A DNA stretch of 64,000 nucleotides from Azolla caroliniana (Eukaryota > Plantae > Polypodiophyta): assembly GCA_043228905.1 (NCBI GenBank), contig JBHGNT010000005.1:19716001-19780000 (forward strand), read 5' to 3'. Positions 12,759 to 25,245 of the stretch are shown in pieces. The notes below the pieces were generated by a model, which was not told the DNA's origin, ran no database searches, and was given only the letters and a program-made list of their open reading frames with translations. The first letter of the stretch is position 1. Each line of letters begins with the position of its first letter. The position numbers and the translations under genes were made by a program.

Positions 12759-14112
12759 CCTCCGGATGGGATCCGGAAGATATCCGGATGGATTCAGTGT
12801 GAACCAGATCCAAGGACATATCTGTAAATATGTTTCTGATGTGCTTGTCATGGCTATATTTGTAAATAGTCCTAAAGTCATATAAGTATAAATATGACTT
12901 AGGGCAATTATATGATGTGTGTAGTGGTTATTGTTTTGTTGTATAGACAAAGAGAGACAGAAAGAGATAGAGAGAGCGTGAGAGAAACATAAAGTAATTT
13001 CTATTGTAACTGCCCATTCGTGAAGACATAGAGCTCGAGGTTGTTGCCTCTGAGTGTCGCATTGTATCGTTCCTCTCATAGTGATAGTTGGAGTCTATGG
13101 GCTCCCGTGGTTTTTCTCGATTAGGGTTTTCCACGTAAACATACTGTGTCATCTAATTTCCTGTTTTCTATTCTATTTCTTCCATTGAGTGTTTAAGACT
13201 CAGTTGTGGCCGAGCACTATTCCGCACAATCTGGTATCAGAGCATGGAAGATGCATTTGGCGGCATGTTCAAGCTCACCGGCTCCAACTACCCAGTGTGG
13301 AAGTCGAAGATGAGGGACATGTTGGTGGTCAAAGATCTCTAGCTGCTGGACCGTATAGTTCAGAGACAAAAGACTAGATAAGGTTGATGTCGCAACCTAG
13401 GAAGTAATGCACATGAAGATGGCATCATACATTTGGTGCTTCATCGACATGAGCCTGTACAACAACTTCAATGAAGAAAGTAAGGCTCATGTGCTTTACG
13501 AGAAAATCGGTACCATGCTGGAGAGCAAGAACTCCGTAAATTGGGTTTCGGTATTTCAGAAGTTAGTGAGCCTATGATACCAAGATGGATCCATCCAGCA
13601 TGGTGGAGCACATGAATGCATTTCAGGGGCTGATAAACCGAACAACCTCCTTGGAAGTACCTCTAGCCGACAAGGTACTTGCATTGTTGTTGCTCGATTC
13701 CCTCCTGGATAGTTGGGAGACGCTAGTTGTCACTATGGGCAATGCCAGGTCGGAAGGAAAACAGTTGTCCCTAACAAGGGTAAAATCAAGCTTGCTAGAA
13801 GGACTGGGAGTCCAGAACCGATCCGAAGGCCTTGGTTATGAAAGACGACCATAATGGGGGAAGAGGCCGGATTCATAGTCCCCAAAACCAGGACAAATCG
13901 GGCATGAGGTCAAAGTCAAGGGGGAGACCCACTTGCTTTTATTGCGGAAAGCCGAGGCACTTCTAGAAGAATTGCCCACATTTCCAGAAGGAGAAAGGAA
14001 CCGATAACCGGAGAAGTTTGGATCAGAAAGGAACATTGGCAATCGCGACAAGTGAAGAAGAACTACTGGTAATCACCGAGGAGAGTGAGCTGCATCTTGT
14101 CAGCGACGAAAC

Positions 14113-14969
14113 TGTTGGGATTTTTCGGTCCCTCCGGATGGGATGTCCGGAGATGAATGACGGCAAGCCCGGTTGCGGTTACGGAACCGGAGGATGAAGA
14201 GTACCCGGCATGAAGCCGGATGAAGACCCCGGCTACGGAGCCGGATGATGAAGACCCCGGCTACGGAGCCGGATGATGAATGTACCCCGGCTACGGAGCC
14301 GGATGATGAAGACCCCGGCTACGGAGCCGGATGATGAATGTACCCCGGCTACGGAGCCGGATGATGAAGACCCCGGCTACGGAGCCGGATGATGAATGTA
14401 CCCCGGCTACGGAGCCGGATGATGAAGACCCCGGCTACGGAGCCGGATGATGAATGTACCCCGGCTACGGAGCCGGATGATGAAGACCCCGGTTACGGAG
14501 CCGGATGACGAATGTACCCGGAGAGAAGATCCGGATGCGGGGACATATTTGTGATTATGTTTGCCAAGGGCCCTTGAGGCTATATTTGTAAATAGCCCGA
14601 AAGTCATATGTGTATAAATATGACTTAGGGCAAACAGTTTGGTGTTGTTACTCATTTTCTGTTTTCACTTAGTGGGAGCGAAGTGAGAGCAGCCGAGAGA
14701 GAGAAAGGAAGAGGTCGACGCCTCTGTGTAATACCGCCACCTGTGGCGAGGACAGCGAGCTCAAGGTCGTCGCCTTGCAGCTCGCCATTGTACATTCCCT
14801 GCGTATAGTGATAGTTGGAGTCTTGCACTCCCGTGGTTTTTCCCATTTAGGGTTTTCCACGTAAAACATCCTGTGTACTCTTCTCTCCATTATCTTCGTG
14901 CATTTTGTATTTCCTGTTTTCTGTGAATTAATCCTATTCCTCGGTTGTGGCCGAGCACTGTGTTCAACA
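14113..14969 (+). mobile_element. Solo LTR, Copia family A
   Basis: TGTTG..CAACA ends, 5-bp TSD GAAAC on both sides, similar to the LTRs at 15704 and 20490. Confidence 0.95.
14177..14519 (+). repeat. LTR U3 VNTR: alternating 28/30-bp units (GGCTACGGAGCCGGATGATGAAGACCCC / ..GAATGTACCCC)
   Basis: 10 canonical units forming five 58-bp dimers, plus 2 degenerate leading units. Confidence 0.95.
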
Positions 14970-15703
14970 GAAACAACATGGGTGGTCGACTCTAACACGT
15001 TGTTCCATCTTAACCTCGACCGGAAGTGCTTCTCATCGTACAGAGCTGGAGATCACGGTTTTGTCCGGATGGGAAATGAAGGTGCATGCCGAATTGTCGA
15101 CATAGGAGATGTGTGGTTGATGACATCAATCGGGTGCAAGTTGTTGCTGAAAGATGTTCGACATGTTCCGAAGGTTCGGTTGAACCTGATATCAGCTGGT
15201 CGGCTAGATGATGAAGGCTACATGGGTAGCATCTGGAACGGAGTCATGAAGTTCATCAAAGGAAGCCCGATCATGGCTCGAGCCCGGAAGATCAACACGT
15301 TGTACCTGATGCATGCCCGGATATGCCGGTGAGCTATGGCACAAGAGGTTGTGCCACATGAGCCAAAAGGGAATGCGGAGACTTGCTGAAGATAACCTCA
15401 TTCCGGAGGTGAAAGACGTGTAGCTTGAGAAGTGCACCAATTGTTTGGTCGACAAGCAAAACCGAACCTCTTTCTGGACAAGGCCACCGACAAGACGGAA
15501 TGCACCCCTGGAACTTGTGCATACCAATGTATGCCAAGGACCAAGAACTATCTGTCTTCAAGGAATTCCACGCGACAGTGGAAAGGGAAACCAGCCGAAA
15601 GTTGAAGGCGGTTTGAGCAGACAATGGAGGAGAATACTAGGGCCAGTTCGAGGAGTACTGCTAGTCGAAGGGAATCCGGCTCGAATTCACTGTGCCAAAG
15701 ACA

Positions 15704-18700
15704 TGTTGGGATTTCGGTCCCTCCGGATGGGATGTCCGGAGATGAATGACGGCAAGCCCGGTTGCGGTTACGGAGCCGGATGATGAAGACCCCGGTTACG
15801 GAGCCGGATGATGAAGACCCCGGTTACGGAGCCGGATGATGAAGACCCCGGTTACGGAGCCGGATGATGAAGACCCCGGCTACGGAGCCGGATGACGAAT
15901 GTACCCGGAGAGAGATCCGGATGCGGAGACATATTTGTGAATATGTTTGCCAAGAGCCCTTGAGGCTATATTTGTAAATAGCCCGAAAGTCATATGTGTA
16001 TAAATATGACTTAGGGCAAACAGTTAAGGTTGTTGTTGCTCATTTTTCTTGTTTTTCACTTAGAGGGAGTGAAGAGAGCAGCCGAGAGAGAGAGAGAGAG
16101 AGAGAGAGACGAAGAGGTCGTTGCCTCTGTGTATTGCCGCCGCCTGTGGCGAAGACAGTGAGCACAAGGTTGTTGCCTTGTAGTTTCACCATTGTACATC
16201 CCTGTTCATAGTGATGGTTGGAGTCTGAGAACTCCCGTGGTTTTTCCCATTTAGGGTTTTCCACGTAAAATATTCTGTGTACTCTCTCTTTCTATTGTCT
16301 CGTGCATTCTGTATTTCCTGTTTTCCAAGTGTTGATCCTATTCCTCGGTTGTGGCCGAGCACCGTTCTACAACAAAGTGGTATCAGAGCGACGGTAACAC
16401 AGAAAATGGAAGGCGGCGGTAGTGGGCCTCCGGGCATGATGGTGTTAAACTCACAGAACTACGCCGACTGGAAGATAAAGATGGAAGACCTTCTCATCGT
16501 CCGAGACCTGTATGAACCGATCGACAATGCCGAGATACCCAAGGGGGTAATAGAGTTGGAGTGGAAGCTCCTGAACCGGAAAGCCGTAGCGACGATCCGG
16601 CAATATGTCGATGTAAGCGTTCTACAACATGTGGCGAACGGCACCAACGCATATGAGATGTGGAATAAGCTGTCGGGCCTCTACGAGAGGAAGAATGCGT
16701 TGAACCGGACCTCCCTGATAAGGAAGATAGTGAACCTCAAGTACCGGGACTTCGAGAGTATGGTGGAACACGTAAGCACGTTCATGGGATTCGTGAACCA
16801 GCTTGCGGCGATCAAGTTCCCGTTGGAGGATGCAATGGAAGCCATCATCCTGATGTGTACGTTGCCGGAAAGCTGGGAGAACTTGGTGGTGACTCTCAGC
16901 ACCTCCTGCACCGAAGATAACTTGTCCCTACAAACGGTAAAGACAAGCATTTTGAACGAAGAAGCGCGTCGGAGAGATAAAGAACCGGCCTCCGACTCGA
17001 AGGCGCTGCTTACCGAATCGGAACGGGGAAGACAATGGAACCGGAGTCCGCAAAGACGGGAGAAGTCGGGGACCCGGTCGCAGTCAAGAGGAAGGCCCAC
17101 ATGCTTCCACTGTGGGAAGCCGGGGCACTTCCGGAAGAATTGTCGGCATTACCGAAAGGACAACGGAGCCGACGACACCGATTTGAAGAAGTCACCGGAG
17201 CGAAACGGTGCATACCGGGGAGCCACGGACCGGAGAGGCCCGGATTGGCGAGGGCAGGACCGGAAAGGAATGGCGGCACTCGCGGCAAGTGAAGAAGAGA
17301 TCATGCTCATCACCGAAGAAGGTGAGCTAAACATTGCCGGCGATGAGACGACCTGGGTGGTCGATTCCGGAGCATCGTTCCACCTGACCCCGGAGAGAAG
17401 ATACTTCTCATCCTACACAGCCGGTGAGCATGGCTGCGTTCGGATGGGAAATGAAGGTACGTGCCGGATTGCCGGCATAGGAGACATGTGGTTAACAACC
17501 TCGACCGGATGCAAAATGCTGCTGAAGGATGTCCGACACGTTCCGGAGGTTCGATTGAACCTGATTTCGGCCGGGAGGCTAGATGATGAAGGCTACACAG
17601 GTAGCATCCGGAGCGGCGTAATGAAGTTCAGCAGGGGGAGCCTGATAGTGGCTCGGGCCCGGAAAGTTAGCACGTTGTACCTGATGAATGCCCGGTTATG
17701 TCCGGAAGAGCTGAACGTGGCAGCCGACACTGCCGGTGAGCTGTGGCACAAGAGACTGTGCCACATGAGTGAGAAGGGGATGAAGAGGCTTGCAGATGAC
17801 AACCTCATTCCAGTGAAGCATGTGCACCTGGAGAAGTGCACCGATTGCCTGGCCGGTAAACAGAACCGAACCTCCTTCCACTCAAGGCCACCGACGAGAC
17901 GTAGCGCACCATTGGAGTTGGTGCACACTGATGTGTGTCAGGTGGAAATGAAGTCACATGGCGGAGCCCAGTACTTCGTGACTTTCATTGATGATCACAG
18001 CCGGAAGCTGTGGACGGCACCGCTGAAGACAAAGGACCAAGTGTTGTGCGTCTTCAAAGAACTCCACGCGAGAGTGGAAAGGGAATCCGGCAAGAAGCTG
18101 AAAGCGATACGAGCGGATAACGGAGGGGAATACCGGGGGGAGTTCGCGGAGTACTGTCGCTCGAAGGGAATCCGGCTCGAGTTTACTGTGCCGAAGACGC
18201 CGGAACTGAACGGGCTGGCCGAGAGGATGAACCGGACCATAATGGAGAGGGTCCGGAGTATGCTAGCGCATGCGAAATTACCCAAGGGGTTTTGGGCTGA
18301 GGCGATGTCGACGGCGACATACGTGATAAATAGATCACCCTCAGTACCTTTGGACGGAGACACGCCGCAGAGAGTGTGGACCGGTAGGGAAGTATCCTAC
18401 CGGCATCTGAAGGTGTTCGGGTGCCTCGCATATGTGCATGTGGCTAAGGACCGGAGAGGAAAGCTAGATCCAAAGACCCGGCCATGCATATTCCTCGGTT
18501 ACGGCGATGACGAGTTCGGCTACCGAGTATGGGACCCGGTCGACAAGAAGATATTCCGGAGTCGTGATATCATCTTCATGGAGGACAAGACACTCGCCGA
18601 CTGGGAGTCGGAGAAGAAGATGAAGAGCTCCAAGTCGACCGGTGAGGATAAACTCTACGAGGAGCAGTCCCGACCGGCAAGAGACCGGTTAGCACTCGAG

Positions 18701-21132
18701 GATCCGGCCGAAGACGGTGAAGAAACAGAACCGGCCGAAGAAGATGAAAATGATACCGGAACCGGCCCCGATCCCGACATGGATTCGGATGAAGAAGAAT
18801 CGGAAGAACCGGTTACCGAAGCTCCGGAACGGAGATATCCTCTAAGAGAGAGAAGGGCCCCCCGGAGATTTCCGGAACCAGAGCACGTGCTGCTGACCGA
18901 CGAAGGGGAGTCGGAGAGCTTTGAAGAAGCAAAGCATGACACCCAGAGCCGCAGGTGGTTGAGTGCCATGCAGGACGAGATGGATTCCCTGCATGAGAAC
19001 CACACATATGAACTTGTGGAGTTGCCGAAAGGAAAGCGGGCACTTCGAAACAAGTGGGTGTTCAAGCTGAAACCGGGAGATGCCGGAAACCCCCCGAGAT
19101 ACAAAGCCAGGATTGTGGTGAAGGGGTTTCAGCAGAAGAAGGGCGTCGACTTCGACGAGATATTTGCCCCGGTAGTGAAGATGACCTCCATCCGGACGGT
19201 GCTGAGCATAGCGGCAAGCATGGACCTCGAGGTAGAACAGATGGACGTGAAGACGGCATTCCTTCACGGTGACCTCGAAGAAGAGATCTACATGCAGCAA
19301 CCGGAAGGATTCGAGAAGAAAGGGAAGGAGCACCTGGTATGCCGGTTGAAGAAGAGCCTTTACGGACTGATGCAGGCTCCCCGGCAATGGTACCGGAAGT
19401 TCGACTCCTTCATGACCGACGAAGGGTACCACAAAACGCAGTCTGATCACTGCGTGTTTGTGAAGAAGTTCGAAGGAGGAGACTCTCTAATACTCCTCCT
19501 GTACGTGGACGACATGTTGATCGTCGGACGAGACCAGGTCAAGATACGGATGCTGAAGAAGGCTCTTCACCGAACCTTCTCAATGAAGGACCTGGGTCCG
19601 GCGAGGCAAATACTAGGGATGCACATCATCCGGGACCGGAAGAAGAAGCAGTTCTGGCTGTCACAGGAGAAGTACGTGACAAAGGTGCTTCACCGGTTCA
19701 ACATGTCGGAAGCAAGACCGGTCGGGTCAACACTCCCGACAAACTGCAGGCTGTCCAGCAAGCAAAGCCCCAAGACAAAGGCTGAGAAGGAGGATATGAT
19801 GAAAGTACCATATGCCTCTGCCGTCGGGAGCTTGATGTACGCAATGGTGTGTACCCGACCAGACATAGGATATGCAGTCGGAGTGGTGAGCCGGTACATG
19901 AGCAATCCCGGCAAAGAGCATTGGAACGCGGCCAAGTGGATACTCCGATACCTGAAGGGCACGGCAAACGTGTGCCTCCGATTCGGTTCCGGTAAGCCCG
20001 AACTCGACGGCTTCACCGATTCGGATATGTCGGCTGATGCAGATACCAGCCGGTCCACATCAGGGTATGTGATGACCTATGCAGGGGGAGCTGTTTCGTG
20101 GCAGTCGAGGCTGCAGAAGACGGTTGCGTTGTCAACTACGGAGGCGGAGTACATGGCGGCTGTTGAAGCCGGCAAGGAAATAATATGGATGAAGGACTTC
20201 ATTAGAGAGCTCGGTATCCGGCAGGAGGAGTACCGACTCTACTGCGATAGTCAGAGTGCCATCCACCTTGCAAAGAACGCGGCCTACCATTCCCGGACGA
20301 AACACATCCAGCGTAGATACCACTGGATCCGGGAAAGGATAGAAGACAAGGAGTTCGTGCTGACGAAGATCCACACGGACGAGAACGGGTCGGATATGCT
20401 GACCAAGGTGCTCACACCCGACAAGCTGGAAGCATGCCGGAAGAGGATCGGGTTGGAGAGACATCCCATGCCGAAGTGAAGGGGGAGTTTGTTGGGATTT
20501 CGGTCCCTCCGGATGGGATGTCCGGAGATGAATGACGGCAAGCCCGGTTGCGGTTACGGAGCCGGATGATGAAGACCCCGGTTACGGAGCCGGATGATGA
20601 AGACCCCGGTTACGGAGCCGGATGATGAAGACCCCGGCTACGGAGCCGGATGACGAATGTACCCGGAGAGAGATCCGGATGCGGAGACATATTTGTGAAT
20701 ATGTTTGCCAAGAGCCCTTGAGGCTATATTTGTAAATAGCCCGAAAGTCATATGTGTATAAATATGACTTAGGGCAAACAGTTAAGGTTGTTGTTGCTCA
20801 TTTTTCTTGTTTTTCACTTAGAGGGAGTGAAGAGAGCAGCCGAGAGAGAGAGAGAGAGAGAGAGAGACGAAGAGGTCGTTGCCTCTGTGTATTGCCGCCG
20901 CCTGTGGCGAAGACAGTGAGCACAAGGTTGTTGCCTTGTAGTTTCACCATTGTACATCCCTGTTCATAGTGATGGTTGGAGTCTGAGAACTCCCGTGGTT
21001 TTTCCCATTTAGGGTTTTCCACGTAAAATATTCTGTGTACTCTCTCTTTCTATTGTCTCGTGCATTCTGTATTTCCTGTTTTCCAAGTGTTGATCCTATT
21101 CCTCGGTTGTGGCCGAGCACCGTTCTACAACA
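15704..21132 (+). mobile_element. Full-length intact Ty1/Copia LTR retrotransposon (Tnt1/Tork-like), family A1
   Basis: LTRs 15704-16374 and 20490-21132; TSD AGACA; PBS tRNA-iMet 16378-16389; PPT GAAGGGGGAG; single open gag-pol. Confidence 0.97.
16406..20479 (+). CDS. Copia Gag-Pol polyprotein (gag, CCHC knuckle, protease, integrase, RT, RNase H), 1357 aa
   Basis: CFHCGKPGHFRKNC, WVVDSGASFH, WHKRLCH..CTDC, HTDV..DNGGEY..ERMNR, LYVDDML, TEAEY..RTKHI. First ATG after the PBS is at 16406. Confidence 0.96.
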   Translation: MEGGGSGPPGMMVLNSQNYADWKIKMEDLLIVRDLYEPIDNAEIPKGVIELEWKLLNRKAVATIRQYVDVSVLQHVANGTNAYEMWNKLSGLYERKNALNRTSLIRKIVNLKYRDFESMVEHVSTFMGFVNQLAAIKFPLEDAMEAIILMCTLPESWENLVVTLSTSCTEDNLSLQTVKTSILNEEARRRDKEPASDSKALLTESERGRQWNRSPQRREKSGTRSQSRGRPTCFHCGKPGHFRKNCRHYRKDNGADDTDLKKSPERNGAYRGATDRRGPDWRGQDRKGMAALAASEEEIMLITEEGELNIAGDETTWVVDSGASFHLTPERRYFSSYTAGEHGCVRMGNEGTCRIAGIGDMWLTTSTGCKMLLKDVRHVPEVRLNLISAGRLDDEGYTGSIRSGVMKFSRGSLIVARARKVSTLYLMNARLCPEELNVAADTAGELWHKRLCHMSEKGMKRLADDNLIPVKHVHLEKCTDCLAGKQNRTSFHSRPPTRRSAPLELVHTDVCQVEMKSHGGAQYFVTFIDDHSRKLWTAPLKTKDQVLCVFKELHARVERESGKKLKAIRADNGGEYRGEFAEYCRSKGIRLEFTVPKTPELNGLAERMNRTIMERVRSMLAHAKLPKGFWAEAMSTATYVINRSPSVPLDGDTPQRVWTGREVSYRHLKVFGCLAYVHVAKDRRGKLDPKTRPCIFLGYGDDEFGYRVWDPVDKKIFRSRDIIFMEDKTLADWESEKKMKSSKSTGEDKLYEEQSRPARDRLALEDPAEDGEETEPAEEDENDTGTGPDPDMDSDEEESEEPVTEAPERRYPLRERRAPRRFPEPEHVLLTDEGESESFEEAKHDTQSRRWLSAMQDEMDSLHENHTYELVELPKGKRALRNKWVFKLKPGDAGNPPRYKARIVVKGFQQKKGVDFDEIFAPVVKMTSIRTVLSIAASMDLEVEQMDVKTAFLHGDLEEEIYMQQPEGFEKKGKEHLVCRLKKSLYGLMQAPRQWYRKFDSFMTDEGYHKTQSDHCVFVKKFEGGDSLILLLYVDDMLIVGRDQVKIRMLKKALHRTFSMKDLGPARQILGMHIIRDRKKKQFWLSQEKYVTKVLHRFNMSEARPVGSTLPTNCRLSSKQSPKTKAEKEDMMKVPYASAVGSLMYAMVCTRPDIGYAVGVVSRYMSNPGKEHWNAAKWILRYLKGTANVCLRFGSGKPELDGFTDSDMSADADTSRSTSGYVMTYAGGAVSWQSRLQKTVALSTTEAEYMAAVEAGKEIIWMKDFIRELGIRQEEYRLYCDSQSAIHLAKNAAYHSRTKHIQRRYHWIRERIEDKEFVLTKIHTDENGSDMLTKVLTPDKLEACRKRIGLERHPMPK

Positions 21133-22481
21133 AGACACTGGAGCTGAACGGATTGGCTGAAAGGATGAACCGAACCGTAATGGAGAGAATCCGGAGTATG
21201 TTGGCACATGCCAAGTTACCCAAGACATTTTGGGCTGAGGCGTTGATGACGGCGACGTACGTGATAAACAGATCATCCTCAACACCCTTGGACGGGGACA
21301 CATCATAGAGAGTATGGACTGGTAAAGACTTGTCTTACTGACATCTGAAGGTGTTCGGTTGTCTCACTTACGTGCATGTTGCAAAGATCAAGAGTGCGAA
21401 ATTGAATCCGAATTCCCGATCATGCATATTCCTTGGATACGTTGATGATGAGTTTGGCTATCGACTGTGGGACTTGATCGACTAGAACGTCATCCGGAGT
21501 CGAGACATAGTCTTCATGGAAGACAAGAACATTACTGACTGGGAGTTGGAGAAGAAGATAGTGGACTCCGGGTCGACAGACAGAGATCAGTCAGAAGATA
21601 CAAGGACTCATCCGTTCGGAAGCCAGATGACACTCGAAGAACTGGCCGGATTCAGACAAGAAACTGAATTAACCGAAGAAGAAGAAGAATCGGACACCAG
21701 AATTGGACAGGACCCCGAATCGGATTTTGATGAAGAACAAATGGAGGAATCAATGGTCGGAAACGAAGGACGGAGATATCCTCTCAGAGAGAAAGGCCCC
21801 TCGGGTGTACAAGCTGAAACCAAGAGACTTCGGAAATTCACCGAGATACAAAGCCCGGATCGTGGTGAAGGGGTTTCAACAAAAGAAAGGAGTGGATTTC
21901 GATGAGATCTTTGTCCCGGGAGTAAAGATGACATCTATCCGAATTGTGTTGAGCATAGCGGCAAGCATGGACCTCGAGGTCGAGTAGCTAGACATCAAGA
22001 CAACATTCCTACACGGTGACCTTGAAGAAGAGATCTACATGCAACAATCGAAGGGGTTTGTCCAAAAAGGGAAGGAGCACATGGTATGCCGGTTGAAGAA
22101 GACGTTGTACGGACTGAAGCAAGCTACCCAACAATGGTACCGGAAGTTTGACTCCTTCATGACCCACCAAGGATACCACAAGACACAAGCCGACCACTAT
22201 GTATTTGTGAAAAAGTTCGACGGAGGAGACTTCCTGATACTGCTACTGTATGTGGATGACATGCTAATCGTCGGACCAGACCGCATCAAAATCGGGAATC
22301 TAAAGAAGGCCTTGAACATGACCTCCTTAATGAAAGATATGGGTCTGGTGAGACAGATATTGGGGATGCACATCGTCCAGGACCAGACGAAGAAGCTATT
22401 GTGGCTGTCACAGGAAAAGTATGTGACAAAGGTGCTTCAATGATTCAACATGACGGATGCAAAGCCGGTCGGGTCGAAACT

Positions 22482-25245
22482 TGTTACGAAGGCACTCCGA
22501 CTCTTCTTAATGCACATCGGATCATGATGTACTAGATCGTTTAGTGTGCTCAAGACAGAAAAAGAAGGGGGGAGGAGACTTACCTCTGTAGCAACCCAAA
22601 AGCTTCTATTTCATTACAAAGAGAGAACCTCTCTCCTCCTCTTACAACTACTCTCTTACTACTTTTTTACCTAAGTTATAAGTGACTTGCATATGCAACT
22701 ATTTATCTATGAGTGGCTAATTAGCTGTGACCAACTAAATAGTTGTAAATAGCTAGATAGTTGTTTTACCTACATGCCTAATAGTAGCTAATTTCCCAAT
22801 ATGTATCATATGCTTTTGTTGAGCTTGTTTCTCAACACTCCCCCTCAAGCTCAACTTATCCTTTCTTGAGATCATCTCCAGTCTTCTTTCCTTCATGCTT
22901 TTAAGCTATCATACCCATGCTTATCATTCCCATCTTTTGGTTGCACTTACAACAAGTAGTGTCCTCAAGGTTGCCAATTTTGCAACCAGTGCAAATGTTT
23001 CATCATAATCAATTCCTTGCATCTGGGCATATTCCTTTACCGCAAGTCTTGCTTTATGTCTACTTACATTCCCATTGGAATCATGCTTTGTTTTGCAGAC
23101 CCATTTGCAACCTACAACATTTTTTCCTTTTGGTAACTTTGCCAAATCCAATGTTCTATTTTCAGCCAATGCATCTATTTCTTCTTGCATTGCATTCACC
23201 CATTTCTTCTCAACTTTTGCTTCATCAAAACTATTTGGATCAGGGATTTGTACCACTTTAGACATGTATGCATAATGCATTTCCATATATGTATCTTTCA
23301 ATGGTCTTTTCCTCTCTATCTAATATTCTTTGTTTCGGATTTTCATCCTTCATTTCTTTTTCCATACCAGGAATTTTCAAGGCTCGTATATTGAGCTCAT
23401 CATCCAATGATGTATCTGAATCTACATCTTCCATGTTTCTAGATCCTTCATCAACCATTTCATATTCTGGCATCTTTTGTTTTCCCTGTTTATCATCATA
23501 TTGTTTTTGTCTTGCATTCTTTCCACTCCATGCATTTGATTTAGATTTACTACCAGATTTTTCAGATGGTCCAGTACATTCTATTGATGTTGAACTTTTG
23601 TGTCCAACATTGCTTCCATTTGCAGATTTGTTCCTGTCTTCATCAGTTTCTTTATTTTCTTTTGAGTTGTTCCAGCTGCCCAACTCATCAAATATTACAT
23701 CACGGCTCACTACAATCTTTTTTATCAATGGGTTATAGCATCTATACCCTTTTTACTCCTCTGAATATCCAACAAGAACACATTTTTCAGCTTTTGGATC
23801 AAGCTTACTTCTTACTTTAGCAGGTACATGGACATAGGCGAGGAATCCAAACACTTTTAAGTGTCCTAAACTAGGTTTCCTTCCATAGAAGCATTCTTCA
23901 GGAGTTACTTCATGTACTCCAGATGTTATACATCTATTTAGAATAAAGTTTGTTGTGTTTACAGCTTCTGCCCAGTAATACAATGGCATATTTTTTTTAG
24001 TCATCAAGGCTCTTGCTATGTTCACCAAAGTTCTGTTTTTTCTCTCAGCCACTCCATTTTACTGTGGAGTATATCTACATGTGAATTGTCTCGTTATCCC
24101 TTGATTGCATAGAAAATCAAAAAAATCATTTGAGAAGTATTCTCCTCCTCCATAAGATCTTAAACATTTTATTCTATTTCTAGCCTGCTTTTCTACCATG
24201 CATTTAAACTTACGAAAGCAATCAAATACTTCACTCTTCTCTTTCATGAAGTAAACCCATGTTTTCCTTGAGCAATCATCAATAAAGGTTACATAAAACC
24301 TGCAACAATCAATTGAGACATTTTTTGTTGGTCCCCATACATCTGTATACCAAATCCAACAGATTTTTGCTTATATGTCCCTCATGAGCGAAAGGCAACC
24401 TATTTTGCTTTCCATATTGGCATGCTTCACATCTTTTGCTCATCTCACAACCTTTCAACTTAGGCAATCCCGCCATTGCATTTTTCCTCAACATATTTTT
24501 CAAGGTTTGCATAATTATGTGACCGATTCTTCTATGCCACATTTCCACATCTAAGATTACACTCATTCCTTTTACGAACACGGCTGTAATATTTTTAGGC
24601 ATATTCACATCTAACACAAACATTCTTCCTTGACGTTTTCCTTTTGCAATTAGCTTTCCCTGGTTCTCTATAAAGCATCCACTTTGCTTAAACTTAACTT
24701 GCATTCCTTGCTCCACTATCTATCAAACAGAAATAAGATTTTTTGCAAGGTTTGGCACATGCATAATATTCAACATATACTTTGTTTTTCCTTTTTCTTC
24801 CCACAATGGGATATCTCCAACATGCTTGATTGTATGAGTGGTGTTATCATCTGTTTGTACATAACTAGGAATCTCTGGTTCTCTTAAACTTTCAAACCAA
24901 TTTGCATGTCCTGTCATATGATTAGATGCCCTAGAATCTACATACCACATAAAATCTTCATTACATCTCGGTGACCATTCAGCCATTGCTGCTGTTTCAT
25001 GTTGCATTACAAATGCACTAGCTTCACTGGTTGAAGAATAGTTATTTTGTTGTCTCTTCCCTCTTTTTTCATCATTTTGCTTTTTATAGAATTCAACCTA
25101 TGTATAGCATGGTTTTTCACAATACAAACAACCATCATCATTCTAAAAAGTTTGCTTACCTTTTCCTCGATTGCCTCCCCTGCCTCTGATGTTGTTTCTT
25201 CCACTTATAGCCTGTTGTCCTCTTCCTTGATTGTTGTTGGTTCTA
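22482..25245 (-). mobile_element. Degenerate Copia family B-like element B2: LTR 22482-22837, PPT, partial RT, IN, PR and knuckle
   Basis: PPT TTGAGGGGGAG next to an LTR starting TGTTGAGAAACAAGCTCAAC; ORF fragments WYVDSRASNHM, WHRRIGH..CEAC, WAEAVNT, GCKWVCK. Most of RT and all of RNase H are deleted. Confidence 0.85.

Larger units (their letters stand above)
10655..22481 (+). mobile_element. Old degenerate Copia family A relative (A0), 3'-truncated, host of several nested insertions
   Basis: 5' LTR split as 10655-10678 + 12759-13228. PBS-Met TGGTATCAGAGC at 13232. gag 13244-14112, PR/IN 14975-15703, IN/RT 21138-22481, with many stops. Confidence 0.85.

Noticed and set aside
14177-14519. 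28-30-bp repeats as a CRISPR array
   Set aside because: Head-to-tail units with no unique spacers, inside an LTR, no cas genes, eukaryotic context.
16277-16405. N-terminal extension of the 1400-aa ORF
   Set aside because: Non-ATG start inside the LTR and PBS; the ATG at 16406 matches the A2 start.
16459-20541. Many antisense and alternative-frame ORFs over Copia pol (also 52000-60650 and 31000-35000)
   Set aside because: Shadow ORFs of GC-rich coding sequence; they recur only because the elements are copies.
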